Assembly (NCBI RefSeq): GCF_037042905.1
Contig: NC_087263.1
Location: 14,882,001-14,946,000 of the forward strand
DNA: 64,000 nucleotides
Reading direction: 5' to 3'
DNA from: Lytechinus pictus
Lineage: Eukaryota
Positions 21,982-35,307 of this stretch are shown here, one piece after another. A program made the translations under genes and the position numbers. The notes beneath the pieces were generated by a model, which was given only the letters and a program-made list of their open reading frames with translations, did not search any database and was not told the DNA's origin. Each line of letters begins with the position of its first letter. Position 1 is the stretch's first letter.

Positions 21982-24900
21982 TTATGAAGCGATTATTGAA
22001 AGGTATAAAATTAATAAGTATAAATAAAATGTTTGAATGCAAACATAAGACTGTGAATCAAGGTTTTGCAAAAACCCTTTTCCTGTCTATGAAGGGAATA
22101 TGGTATATCAAAAGTTTTGAATGGATTTTAACAGAAGCTAGATATACCTCTGGATGGTAATAGGGTCTATATCCCCCATATGGGACTGAGACCGGTCCCG
22201 ATGTCATCGTTACTGAGTCTTAATAAGATCCTGGAACTATGAGATAAACTGAAGACCTATTCCTGAACTTGCCACAAAATTTTTGACAAAAAAATTTGTC
22301 TGTCTATTGAGATGTTGATGCTTTAATATGGCACCATTGCAAACTGGAAATGAATTCATAAAATGTAGGAAATTAGAATCGATGCTCTTCTAATCCAAGC
22401 AATTAAAATCCACTCCAGTTGATCCTGAGCAGTTTTAAAGCAATTTCTAATCTTAAGTTTCAAGTTGATTCTGTTGCCAAGCAACTTCAAACTGGTAGAT
22501 GAAGATTTCTAAATATTATGAAACCATTATCATTCCATCAAATTCATTCCACTAAAAATGCATATAAATCCACTGCTGTCAGTCAATACAAATAAATATA
22601 TTAGGCATGCAGATCCAATTATATCCAAGGTTTTAAAAAGATAGAGAGAACTCCATTTCAGAATGGGTCGAGCATCACATCAGAATCAGGGAATATAGCT
22701 CCAGCAGAAAAACTATAAGGACATCCATTGACCATCAAGTTCAAAGCATTTGTGGAGGCGGAGCATAAGACGAGAAGTCCCAATATAAACCACAACGATT
22801 CTTTTCTACCCCTCCAGTCATCTATCTCCCACACAGCTTGAGCCCCCTGACTGAATGACCCATCACGCACCCCTCAAAGTTTCTATATACCGGTGGTATT
22901 ACCCCTCTGCCACTCCTACTATTACCCCTCTTTGACTTCTATTCAATCCCTATTGGCTCTTCTGCGTAGGGCACCCATATAAAATCCCAAGCGAGTAGTT
23001 TTTGTGGGTGCTTTCTATTCATGGTATACACCTGTGGGATGGAGGAGGGACGTAAGCCCTTGTCTCCTTTTATCCTCTGATCCATCATTGGGGTGTATAG
23101 CTGGGTCGGAGATAATCCCTTCCTGATGGATTTAGATGACGAGTGCGCTATTGTGAAATGTAGAGGGGACGAAAGATAGTCAATATTGTATGTTGTCTTC
23201 AGTTTCATGTTTTAGGTATCTTGGAATGTGAGGTACAATTAGCCGGTATGTCATGGTTTATTTCTGCAGCTATAAGTGTTGATTGCTAAGATAGCTAACA
23301 ATAATATTTATATATATTCTTGGTAACGTTGGTAAAGTTTCAATTAATGATTATTTGAATGTGTTATTTCAAGCATATTTCAGGGTAACTGGGGTTTTCT
23401 ATAAAATTTACATTATCATACTTTACTTGATAAAACAAAGTCAAAACGTTTAACATATATCATATAAATCAGCATTTAATTTTTTTTTTTATAGTTTCCA
23501 GGATTTTAAAATGTTTGGCACACTGAAAAACTATTATAGAATACATTGTCTATAATAAACTCATGAACAAAGATGATGCACAACAAATAAGTCCTCGGGT
23601 ATACCAATTTCCATTGATTATATAGAGACTTCCTCTTGACAATTTTCTCCCTGTGCTACCCAAGTTTAGCTTTACCATAATGTACATGTACATCAGCAAT
23701 GTACCATATATACACCCACTACTCCCAATCAACTGCTGCAATAATACTAGCTTTCTGTGAGTTCACATCCACATGCCTCAAGATCAATCATTAAGAACAT
23801 CCTTTTGTCCCAGGATCTATAAGGATAATCCCTTAATCCTGCGATCAATACCAATTACAAGCCACAACATCCATTCAAGAGGTACCATGTCCTTAGAAAA
23901 TCAGACAATAGGACCTGGTCTAATCAATAGGACTGGGCCAGACTATGGATAGAACTCTATGAGCTGGAACCTCTAGCTTGAACTCCAGGCACAATGACTG
24001 TAAAGAGTCTTAGGCAGGTCGAGAAAGCCAAGAACTGGATTTCTATGGAGCCATATAAGTGCATGGATGGCTGAAGATGGTTAGTTTTGGACTTCAAATA
24101 GTGAACACATTTTTGAATATTTTAACGTGACTTCTTTGCAATCAATATCAAAGAACTCTTGAACATCATTCTTTGAATTGAAAAAGTGATGTAATTCATT
24201 AAAGAAGAGAGGAAGAAACAAAGATAGAAAGGAGGAATAGAAAGAAAGAAAGAATGAATGAAAGAAAGAAACACAGTTAATATGGGTCTGAGTTCCAAAA
24301 AGTATTCAGAACAAATAATTGTATTTGTTTGACAGTGCTGAGTTAATTTTATGGAATGGGGACAAGTAAAGATAAAAACAAACATATATCAACCTCCCTT
24401 TGAAAAACAAATACATAACCTGTTTCTTTACACTTGTCTATTTTTTTGCTCAAAAATTAAGACAAAATGAAAAACTGAGAATTACAAAAAGTCTGTATAT
24501 ATGTGCATCTCTTTCATAATCCTCCTACCATTGTATATGTTTAATAGAGAAAAAAGTGCAAATCAACAACAAATTTAAGTTTTGTCTGACAGTACAAACT
24601 AAACCCAAATATCGCGGGTCATGACCTGACAATATTTGCCTCTCCAGATCCTTATAAAACAATTTACGTCACTGCTGGCATAAGAACCCATTAGACTACA
24701 AGGGCTTCTGTTAATTTTCTTAAGTCATGATGGTAAGAAAACATTGACAAGTCAGATTAAAAGAGTTCAACACTCCCCAAATAGAAAGTATTTTTGAACA
24801 AGAAGGGCAAAGCTTGTGGTTTACACAATAAGCACATAAGTTAATCTCAACATTGTTAAAAGTCGGTTTTGTAGGAGATTCGTTGTTTAGTGCTGGAAGA

Positions 24901-25032
24901 AGTTAGAAACCACAATTATTGATTCCATTTTAAAGGTATTTATTATGCTACCTAATGAAATGAGTGTTTTTTGTAAAGGGACTATGGGAATTTCAGTATC
25001 AAGCAGTTCAAATTTTGAGGGGAACTAACAAA

Positions 25033-25231
25033 ATTCAAGTGTATTGATAAAGAGAAAATCAAGAATAGTAGAGAAATGAAAATGTAGACATTGTTGCTAA
25101 ACGTGTGTCTACGGATATCAATACAGATATAATTCAAGTGTATTGATAAAAAATAGAAAATCAAGAGAAGTAGATAAATGAAAATGTAGATATTTTTGCT
25201 AAACGTGTGTCTACGGATATCAATACAGATA
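25033..25231. repeat. ~99-bp tandem duplication
   Basis: aattcaagtgtattgataaa...gctaaacgtgtgtctacggatatcaatacagatata occurs twice. Confidence 0.85.
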
Positions 25232-25590
25232 TAAACAATCTGTTCATACTACACGGTTTTATGTTACTTTAAATAAAATGACAATAAGAAGTCATTCAAA
25301 TTGTCAACACCAACATTCCAAACCTGATTAGGAACATAAACAAAAACAAAGTTGCCATGGAGACAATCCAACAATTTAGGGGATAATCTAGATTTAATTA
25401 TACCCTCTGATTGCAGAGAACATGAATAAGGGAAACAATGTCGAAAGGAAGCCCAAATGTGTTTCAAGCTTGATCAATCTCTGGTATCATTCCAAATTCT
25501 CGAGGTGTTTTTTAGGTTTCGTTGAGCTTCAAACTCAACTACAAGACACACACATTTTATACAAACTGTCAACGCAAAGAGAGCAGACAT

Positions 25591-25890
25591 GGGGGTGTTT
25601 CATGAAACATCTTGTTAGTAACTTTCACTGACAAATTTGCTTTCAGCCAATCACATGCAAGGATTTCAGTAGCTTATATTAGTTGTCAGTGAAAATCTAG
25701 GACAAGAAGCATCATGAAACACTAGCTGCCCTGTTTGTCTCTTTGTATTGGCAGTTTTAATGAAATACCGGTATATGCATATTGTGAATAAGACAATTTC
25801 CTTTTAGCCAATCAGTAGAAAGGATTTTAGAAGCTTATAACAGTTGTCAATAAGAATCACTATGTGTTTCATAGACATGAAAGCTCCCAA
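25591..25890. mobile_element. Two adjacent short MITE remnants with a GCCAATCA core
   Basis: gggggtgtttcatgaaac ... catgaaacac; cagccaatcacatgcaaggattt and tagccaatcagtagaaaggattt. Confidence 0.5.
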
Positions 25891-25927
25891 GGTATGTATT
25901 GGCCGGTGATTAGCATAAATGTAGAGG

Positions 25928-26155
25928 CCGTTCTCTTTACGTTTTCTAAAACTTCTTTACTGGAAACCGATTCAGGAAACCAGTTTGGAAGATCGCTTTT
26001 GCTGGCGATCTTGAAAACTACATCGCGAGGTGGTTTTCTGAACCGGTTTGGAAGATCGCTTTCAAGATCGCTTCAACCATTCTCACTACACGTTTAACTA
26101 GTTTTCACTAAACTAGTTTCCAGTAAACTAGTTTTAGGAATGTAGTGAGAACAGT
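25928..26155. mobile_element. MITE with imperfect TIRs
   Basis: gttctctttacgttttctaaaact..tttactggaaac is mirrored by gtttccagtaaactagttttaggaatgtagtgagaac. Confidence 0.55.
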
Positions 26156-28669
26156 GTCGTAGAAGGGGAAGTGGAGAAGGGGCATTCAGTCACACCTGAA
26201 TGGGTGTATCTTATACCCCCTTACCCCCCCCCCCGCACCCTTAAAAGAAATGTAAACACTGTTTGCCCCTTCGAAAGCGAGTTCAAAGAGTGAAGGCTCT
26301 GAATCACTATGGAGTTAAGTCCACCTGTAAACAGAATCCCAAGAAAAGGAAAATAAACATCTTTTCAGAAATTGGAAAATGAGAGAATGGAAAATACACT
26401 TATTTCCAAAATGTTGATGTGACATTAATAAATACAGAAAAAAGGGAGAGGGGGGGGGGGGGGGTGGTCACCCCCTCAAAAAAGACAAGCCAGACAATCA
26501 AAACACAACTTTAAGGATAATTTCCAGAATTTTAGTGATATTTTCCCAATTATAGACAATCCTAGAAAGCAATCAATGCACTTACATGTATGAGGGAGAT
26601 GTTGAAAATAAGCGTTTTTTTTTATTCAAGCGATAATGATCTAATTTTCAGAGTCTTCCTTCAAATTAGTATCTATATTACATAATATATTGAATTAAGT
26701 ATCTTGAAGAAAGCAACTCGGCAAGCAACAAGAACAATGTTCACCGGATTAAAGAGGAGTGCATGGAAAAATAAGGATAAAGTCAAGTAAATTCCAGTAT
26801 AAGGACTAAAAGGCCTACAAAGCTAAAGTTCATTAGAAAAAAAAAACCCACAAAAAAGACTTTCCTGAATATTTTCATATCATCATGAAGGCCATGAGAA
26901 TTTCATGCAAGCTTGCGCATGAAAAAGATGTATAAATTAACAAGTTCGCACGGAACCTGGCTTTACAACTTGACCTATGGCCATATTTACAATCTACCCC
27001 TGACTAAAAAGGGCCTACGATTTTTCAAATATCTCAATATACAGATAGACAATAGAAAAGAATGAAAAATACACGTAGGATAACAACAAGCTCAAATACC
27101 ATCACATGCTTGACTAACAAACAATGATGGAAAAATATTATGAAAGTTGAAAAGCTAAAATTTTGTTTTGATAACAGGAAATGTGTTTAGGGCAGACTCC
27201 CCTCAATTATACATTTTTCCTTAAATTATGTTGATAAATGATAAGGTTTGTATTACAAATCATACACTAACTATAGATGTCAACTTCTCAATTACATCAG
27301 ACTTTACTTAGATAAATACAAGAGAGAGAGAGAATGATGTTGGCAAACATATTTGTATGATTGAAGATCAAAAAAAGTGTATAAAAGTACAAATTGTTTT
27401 GGATCTTTGAACAGTGAACATACAATGCTGAATGAAAAAAAAATGATTTGACAAATAACATGTTTGTGATCAAATTTGTGCAAAAGTATAAATCAATATA
27501 CAGCAAATAGAAAAAGCAACTGCATATATTTGCAAAAGCTTGTTGAGAAAAAGAAGAGAGAAAAAAGTGCATTTTATTCAGGAATTGATTGAAATGAAAG
27601 CATTTAGTGAGCTTGATAAACATGTTATATTCTTTTGTGTGCAGCTAGCCTTGTTGAACTGCCTTGGGATTTCGCTAGCTTTAATCTCCTCTGGAATTTC
27701 AAAGTTTCCAATGTTGTGAAAATACTTATAATTTATACAGAAGTAATAAATGCACAATCTATTTCCCATGATTTTCCTTCTTGAGCAGACATTTGCCATT
27801 GGTGATTTCAATCAATGAAATAGTAAAACTGCACAACGATAGTTAGGAGTTTTGTACATAATATCTGATGAATACTATGAAATAAAAAACAAAGTTGCTG
27901 GGGGGTAGTTTTGATATAGAGACAAAAAAAAGAAAGGAGTGATTTTTTTTAATGTTAAGATTTTGCTCATATGGCCATTACAAGGTTCAAAATAACAAGT
28001 TCATTTATTGAATGTGTGACCAAGCAAAGAAAATATTCACCAACAGTGACCAAAAGTAAATACTCAATAAAAGACAACTTCCTAACTACAATGACGTTAA
28101 TAAAATAATAAATTGATGAAAATACAATGTTTAAAACCAGAAATACCACAAGTTGGTAATCGCTGATCCTCGGATTTGATAAGAATAGGCTTATCTGTCA
28201 ATCAAATGAACTATAATTGCTTTCAACTTAACACAGTTGACTTTAGTACTACTTGCTGATCAACTGGAAATGGTGTTATTGTTTAAGTTGTATTCATTGA
28301 AAATTGCTATGAATATTATATCTGAATAAAACTGTCACATAAGTTTAAGTGATGTCATAAATTCCATTTCCTCTTGGATTTTTTTCAAATAGTTTTATTG
28401 ACCATTCTTCAACAAATGAAACAGGAAAATATTTCTGAATGAAAGTTGTGTTAGAGTAGGCCTAGTGTGAATTCAGGGACAAACTTTCCTAATAGTAATA
28501 CTAAACTAAAATCTTAGATAGGGCCTATCAAACACAGTTTATATAGAAATGTATAGTTGTTTTATCAATATTATTCTTCCATTAATATTGATACTATTCT
28601 TTCATGGAAATATTTTTTTTCAAGTAAGCATCATTTTGACTGTAATGATCCTATAACTTATCCCCGCCT

Positions 28670-28712
28670 CCTCCTCATCATGGCCATCATCAGCACCACT
28701 TCCACTATCATT

Positions 28713-28788
<76 letters not shown>

Positions 28789-29013
28789 CCATCATCATCA
28801 ATCATCATCATCATCCTCATCTTCATCATCATCATCATCATCATCATTATCATCATTATCACTGTCATCATCATCATCATCATCACCACCACCACCACCA
28901 CCACCACCACCACCACCACCACCACCACCACCACCACCAACACCACCACCACCACCACCACCATCATCATCATCCTCATCATCCTCCTTATCATCATCAT
29001 CATCATCATCATC

Positions 29014-29085
<72 letters not shown>

Positions 29086-29110
29086 TTCATCATCATCATC
29101 ATCACAATCA
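28670..29110. repeat. Compound (CAT/CAC)n microsatellite
   Basis: Direct inspection. Confidence 0.95.
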
Positions 29111-30020
29111 TTATCTTTGTGATATAAAACAATATTAGCACAAACAATGCCTATTAATATTAGCATTCTCTCCCAAATCTGTCATAATCTTACATCATGA
29201 AAATCAGTTGCTTGAAAGCCTAGACTAGACAGCATATGTCCGATGTTCCAAACTGAAAGACATAGTGCTCTGATATGTTTCTGGCGAAATCACATTATTT
29301 TCATACAGACAATTGCTGGCGGCTATTATGCTTTCGTCTAAATGTCAGAGACAATCTTTTATTGATGTAATATCTAGGTTATTAGGGTCAACTTGTATCC
29401 TTGAGGGAACGGAAATTGAGAAGTAATTTCTCTTGGTAGTCCGCCTCGAGGAAGAATTTAGACAGATATTCTGTCTAATCCTTCGGTCGGTCCGGTCCGT
29501 AGCTATTCTTTATATTCTAAAAGTTGTTGATTCTTTTCCATCTCATGAACAAGAAAAAAAGTTTTAAGGAACAAAGGACATTTTTTTTGCATGTGCATCA
29601 GTAAGAGATGATGAATGATGAAGAAGATGATGGTGATGATGAGGACGGTGACGATGTTGATGAGACAATGATGTCGGCACTGGTGTAAATCCAAGCAGCG
29701 GACCTATTGTTCAGGAGGGGGGGGGGTGAATTATTGTGTCATCCCCCTCCCATTTGAATAGTAAACACATCATATATTTACGCCCATGGATATAGGTGAT
29801 GATGATGCTGAGCATATTTCTCTGGTCTAAAAAGTGAGCCTAAAGTTATGAAGACACAGGCCTATCATATTGTTAGAAATTGAAAAAATGAATGAAATGA
29901 ATTTGTACAAAGCCTAGGGAAACCAAATAATGTAGTAGTGAACAGGTTAATGACAATACACTATCTTCTTGATGACAACATATGTCTTTAATATTATAAT
30001 AATATAAAAGAGGAATTATT

Positions 30021-30280
30021 ATAATAATAATAATAATAATATAGGTACATTTACCCAGGGTAACCACTTCAGTTTCAAAACTGTTCTACCAGCGGGCCCT
30101 GCTATCATTATTACCCCGGCTTTAGCTGAGCTGATTAGGCGCTCAAGCATTCAAGGAATTTCTTCCTACCCATTCACCTCACCTGGGTTGAGTGCAGCAC
30201 AATGTGGATGAGGCTGGGATTCGAACCCACGACCCTCTGTTTCAAAGTCAGAAGACTAATCCACTGGGCCACAACGCTCC
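30021..30280 (-). mobile_element. tRNA-derived SINE
   Basis: 5' head ggagcgttgtggcccagtgg...gggttcgaatcccagcc (Pol III A and B boxes), cccaggtg..aatgggt core, (TTA)n tail. Confidence 0.8.
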
Positions 30281-30925
30281 ATTATTGCTTAACCTTGTGA
30301 TGTACATTCGTTTTAACAAGGAAATAGTACAAAAGAAGAAGGCACAGTGCTTATCTATGAGAGTGCATCTCCATCAGAACATCCTAGGCACATAGCATCA
30401 TCTTGGAGCTAGAAGGGCGATGGAACACACACTCAATGCATGCATCCAACGTCCCTCTTGCTCTCACATCCGATGGAAGCTAATAAAGTTTGATCCGGGG
30501 TTTGTCAATACTTGGCATCTTGGGCTGCAGTAACATGAGATAATCAGATATTATGACTTTCTCTCACTCTTGCGTCACCGTTGATATATCGCGATATTCA
30601 TTCCGAAAGACGTACACTAGAGGCATTCCATCATCGGCCTGAAATTTGAAGACAGCTCCTGATTCTAATTCACAAGAGTACCTGGACAGAATTATTGACT
30701 AGAAACAACTTATATTTGTGGGATTTGACTTGAATTTACAAGTTTACTTCAATTGTTTCTTACAAAGTAGAAAGTAGCAAATTATTTGATAAACTAGCTG
30801 CATGCTTATTCCCAAACTTGTGGAGTTGGGGTTTGGTTTGTTTCAATTCATTTGTAAGTGCAAGATTATCATACAGTGTTGGAACTACCTCTACTCCTCA
30901 ATGACATTTGCTCAATTTGAGCTTA

Positions 30926-31139
30926 CACAGTAAAACAAAATTATACAACGCTGTTTACTATATGAACCTTACAGTAATTGTTTAAACAGTTTAAACAAGT
31001 GTTTAAATCTTAAGCAACAAAGTTTAATTTTCAATATCTAATTTTCAATAAATTAAACATGATTGTTTAAACGGTTAAACAAATAAGGTTCATATAGTAA
31101 ACAGCGTTGTATAAAATCTTAAACAGCGTTTTTACTGTG
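30926..31139. mobile_element. Palindromic MITE with TA target duplication
   Basis: CACAGTAAAA...TTTTACTGTG termini flanked by TA; long internal inverted repeat tatacaacgctgtttactatatgaacctta. Confidence 0.8.
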
Positions 31140-33508
31140 TATGGACAACGGGGACTTAAGCTCTGTATAAAATTCATTCTCAAGTTAACATGATACCATG
31201 GCACAATCGAGCTAGAATTTCAAATTTTCTGAGCAAACGTGGGCCGATGAAGACCCATCTGTCGATGTAGTCTCAGATACAGCAGATCTTCTTCTCAAAG
31301 TTCTTCTCAATTTCTTTGCAATGCCCACCCTTTCTGGGGCCACATGTCTTGATGGCCAAGGAAGACTATCTCTAATGACGGATGATCCTAACAAGAATTT
31401 CCAATCAGGGCGAAAGAAAAACCCCGACTGTCATCATCTGTAAACCCCTTGTCAATGGCACGACCCCTTCTCCAGACTCCAGATAGGTAGATCACTGGAC
31501 ATACCAACGATTGATCAGAATTTCTGACAAAGAACATTGATACTCGAAATAGAAACCGAAACTTATTATGGACATCAAAGGGGAAATATCTGTAATTTTT
31601 TAAAATTAAAATGCAAGTTACACAATATTTACAAGTAAATAAAGCAGATTTACCCCCCCCCAAAAAAGAGAATAAGCTATAGATGATAAGTAGGCCCCTA
31701 AATAATTACAATATTTAAGATAACAAAACACAAAAAATGTATGATAAGCACAGACTCATGATGCTGCAAGAAACAAATCCATAATTAATTGCATCAATAT
31801 CAACTGCAACTCTAAAAAAAAAAAAGGACAAAAAACAAAAACAAATCAAATCTAACCCCCCCCCCCTCCCCACAGGAAATATGAACTTCGATCTAGCTCT
31901 GATTATTTTGATACAATATACATGTATTGACTTGAAGGAGAGGGAGAGAGAGAAAATAGACGGGGGGGGGGGAGGGGGACACGAAGAACTGACCAGATGT
32001 AGGAGATAAGTGCATTTGGGGTCACAATCCATTCTCCCGAGTTTTACCCCTGAACTTTACAATGCCTACATAAAAAGTAATTTGCTTTTCATCCCTATCA
32101 CAAGCAGCCAGAATATATGGGCTATCAACCTGGGTTATAAAAGCTTTATCGCACTCCGAAGGACGATGATTAACTCTTCAAAGCGGACAGTGGGATGTCT
32201 GTTTTCTCTCAAACAAGTGGAGAAGTAGGCCGAGATGATATTTTGCAATCATCTCTCGTCTGTTTCTTGATAAAGGGACTAGTCACTATTTTGTACTTCA
32301 GCTGATCTTTTTGTCTACATCTCTCCGCTTAATGAGCACAGATAGTTGATTATCTAAAATCTACTCCTCAAGTTGACATAATACTCCCCAGGGAGTGAAG
32401 ATGTGCAGAAACATGATCTCCTCACAAATTTGAATCTAATCCCTCAGCTTTAGCTATGAAAATACAAAGATTATTTCAAATCTACATCAAGGTGATAATG
32501 AGCAAGCCACATAAATACTCCCCAGGGAGTGGAAGATGTGCAGATGTACGACCTCTTTGCAACTGTTAATCAAATCTCTCTGCTTTAGAAAGTATAAAGA
32601 CAATTTCAAATCTACTTCTCAAAATGTTAATGCTAGTGCCACTGGAATACTCCCCAGGGAGAGGAGGATATGCCGACACTGTCTTCTTGCTAATCTGAAT
32701 CCAAATAACATTTTTTTGCCCCTCATAGATATTCTATCTATTAAGTGATACATAATTACAGAATGTTATTCTTTTACTTTCACCAGGGAAGTGTTATTAC
32801 ACTTCCCTGCTTTCACCATGTATTTTTCCTTTTACCATGAGGTAGAGAAAAAGAGTGGAAATTCGCTCCTATTCTTTTACAGAATGCTCTAAAATAAATC
32901 AAGATTCACTCTATAATATCTATTCCAGTACAATTCACCAATTCCCTCTAATTCTAATAGACAAAGTAGGATTTACGAAACATATGAAATACTTCCAGTC
33001 GCCAGTCTGCAAATTAAGTACAGCTTAAAACCCAGATTTTAATACTAATCTGGACGATAAATCTTGGTAATTCCTCATTTTCCCCTTAAAATTGTTAATC
33101 ACATGAAAGCTCTTTTCATTTAAGTCCTGTAAAAAGATCTTTGGGGAGTTTAAAAGCCATTACAGGTTTTTAATTGTGCATGACAATAAAATGAACCGAA
33201 GAAGTTTAGCAGTATCAAATATTAACACTTTAACATTCTTGACATATATTTTCTTTATACCACCCTATACAAGCAATGTGTGATTCAAATACATTGGGTG
33301 GGTATGGAAATATCTTCAGACATTCCAAGTTTAATTCATAGTTCATACTTCATAAACAAAGGCTGTTATTGACAACCTGAAATCTAGTCAAATGTTTTAC
33401 TGTGCATAGTAACAAAAACTATACACACTTAAACTGGATTCCAAATATTGTAGTTCATCTATTACTTGCAGTTTTGAGAGAAATAGGTTCTAGGTAAAGA
33501 CCCCCCCC

Positions 33509-33542
<34 letters not shown>

Positions 33543-34239
33543 ATCACTTGATTAGTTAACATTCCTCTCCCTAATCAATACATTCAATAAATGAAATAAA
33601 TATGGAAAACAAGAATTGTGCTGGTTTATATTTACATCTCCCTAGCAACAATCAAAGTATTTTGCATCATCATTATTTTGCTTTCATTTCTCTAAAAGTG
33701 GAATAACTTTAAATATTGATTTTAGTTCTCATATTTTTACATGAATGCAAAATGTATTTGTAAGAAAGTTAATTCATTTCTCAATGCAATCGAGAAACAA
33801 TATCACTTTTTGTTATCATATGTTCTCAAAATCTAACTCTCACATTTTTCTCAATTTGTGGAGGAGACCTTACATTCCCTACTATATGAAAACACATTCC
33901 TTCATGGTTTGTTTTTGCGAGGCAAAAAAATAAAGATTGCAATCAAAGTATGAAGAAAAAAAAGAAATTAAAAGTGATTTGAGGTCCAAACTAATTACTT
34001 TTTGTGTACATGACCCTCAGAGAGCCAAAAGAATACAGGTTTTCAATCATAGCTGTTGATCACGTTTCAGAAGTTTTCAAGATCAAGCAAAGAATTACGT
34101 TTCCTGATTGCATCTAGTCTGGTGATTTTAGACGGTTTGGATACCTGAGCTAGGTTCCGCAGCCGCCAAGCGTTAAAATCTTGTAGTCGGATGACAATTA
34201 CTTTAATAAATAAGGGATATGCTTTTTTTCAACCACTAA

Positions 34240-34850
34240 TCTCTGATTCCTTGAAATCGAGTATTGAGTGCAGACAGAATTAAAGATTAAACTTCAACTT
34301 ATAATGCAGATATGTTCTATATTTGCTCTCGATAACTACCAAGGTTGCAAGAAGCTTGCCTGAAATAGCAACAAGTAATCAGGTACCCTCTGGTTCCTTG
34401 AAATTAGGTATTGAATGCAGACAGAATTAAGTATTAAACTTTGAATGTAGAAGACTTTATTACACCGATAACACAAGTTTTGTTCTGTCTGAAGCTTGCC
34501 TGAGATACCGACAGCTAATCAGTTACTCTTTGATTCATATTCTTAGAAATTGGGCATTGAATGCAGACAGAATTAAATATTAAATATTGACTGTAGAAGA
34601 CTTTATTACACCGTGAAGTCAAACATGTTCCGCCAGAAGTTTGCCTGTGATAGCAACAGCTTATCAGTTACTCTCATATTCTTATTCTTAGAAATTGGGT
34701 ATTGAATGCAGAAAAAATTACAGATTAAAATTTTATCAAGATTTTATAACACCAATAGCACAAACAAGTTTCTGCAAAGTTTGTTCTGGATAAGTATAAG
34801 GCTTATAAGAAGCTTGCCTGAAATAGCAACAGCTAGCTATTACTTTGTGG
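34240..34850. repeat. Degenerate ~150-bp tandem repeat (4 units)
   Basis: Recurring gtattgaatgcagacagaatta and gaagcttgcctgaaatagcaac. Confidence 0.75.
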
Positions 34851-35067
34851 ACAATAGTGCATCATATAAGAGATTGTTATGAAATCAGCTAAATATTGAG
34901 TTAAGAGATTGGTCATTCAAGGTTTCACCATTGGGCAGTGACTGTTTGCAACCCTTTGGTTACAATATATTTTGCACATTATCGTAGTAACAGTCAGAGA
35001 TCATTATGTATGCAAGAAAAGCTTTCAACGAGGCTAGAGAATAAAAGTCAGAATGCTGACCACTCAC

Positions 35068-35307
35068 CCTTCCACCTACACTACCAACATGAGTAGAGTG
35101 GACACTCTGCCTTGACCAGGTGGACCAGCTCCGGTCCCGGATGTGCTGCCCGCCTCGGACACTGGAGGGCGGGACGTAAGGTTCGTAGCGACACCCAACC
35201 AGATTGAGCTGGGGGATGGGCATGCTGGTGGGACGAGGGCGGGGCGGCACCCCCAAAGTGTCAAGGGGTACCTTAGTGGGTATTTCAGAGGAACCCATAG
35301 GTGCCAT
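35068..35307 (-). CDS. Candidate alternative first coding exon of NAV (80 aa, MAPMGSSEIPTKVPLDTLGVPPRPRPTSMP...VGSVGGR)
   Basis: aaaATGG start; GC-rich open frame within AT-rich intron; ends AGG|GTGAGT in phase 0, matching the 21596 acceptor. Confidence 0.55.

Noticed and set aside
22939..23208. ORF with possible phase-0 donor (MMDQRIKGDKGLRPSSIPQ|GTGTAT)
   Set aside because: Donor too weak and no other support
28557..29166. Poly-His/Ile/Met/Asp ORFs
   Set aside because: Microsatellite artefact; no splice signals or homology
30205..30280. tRNA gene-like sequence (also about 45088 and about 54270)
   Set aside because: Followed by a SINE body and simple-repeat tail, without a clean cloverleaf; these are SINE heads, not tRNA genes
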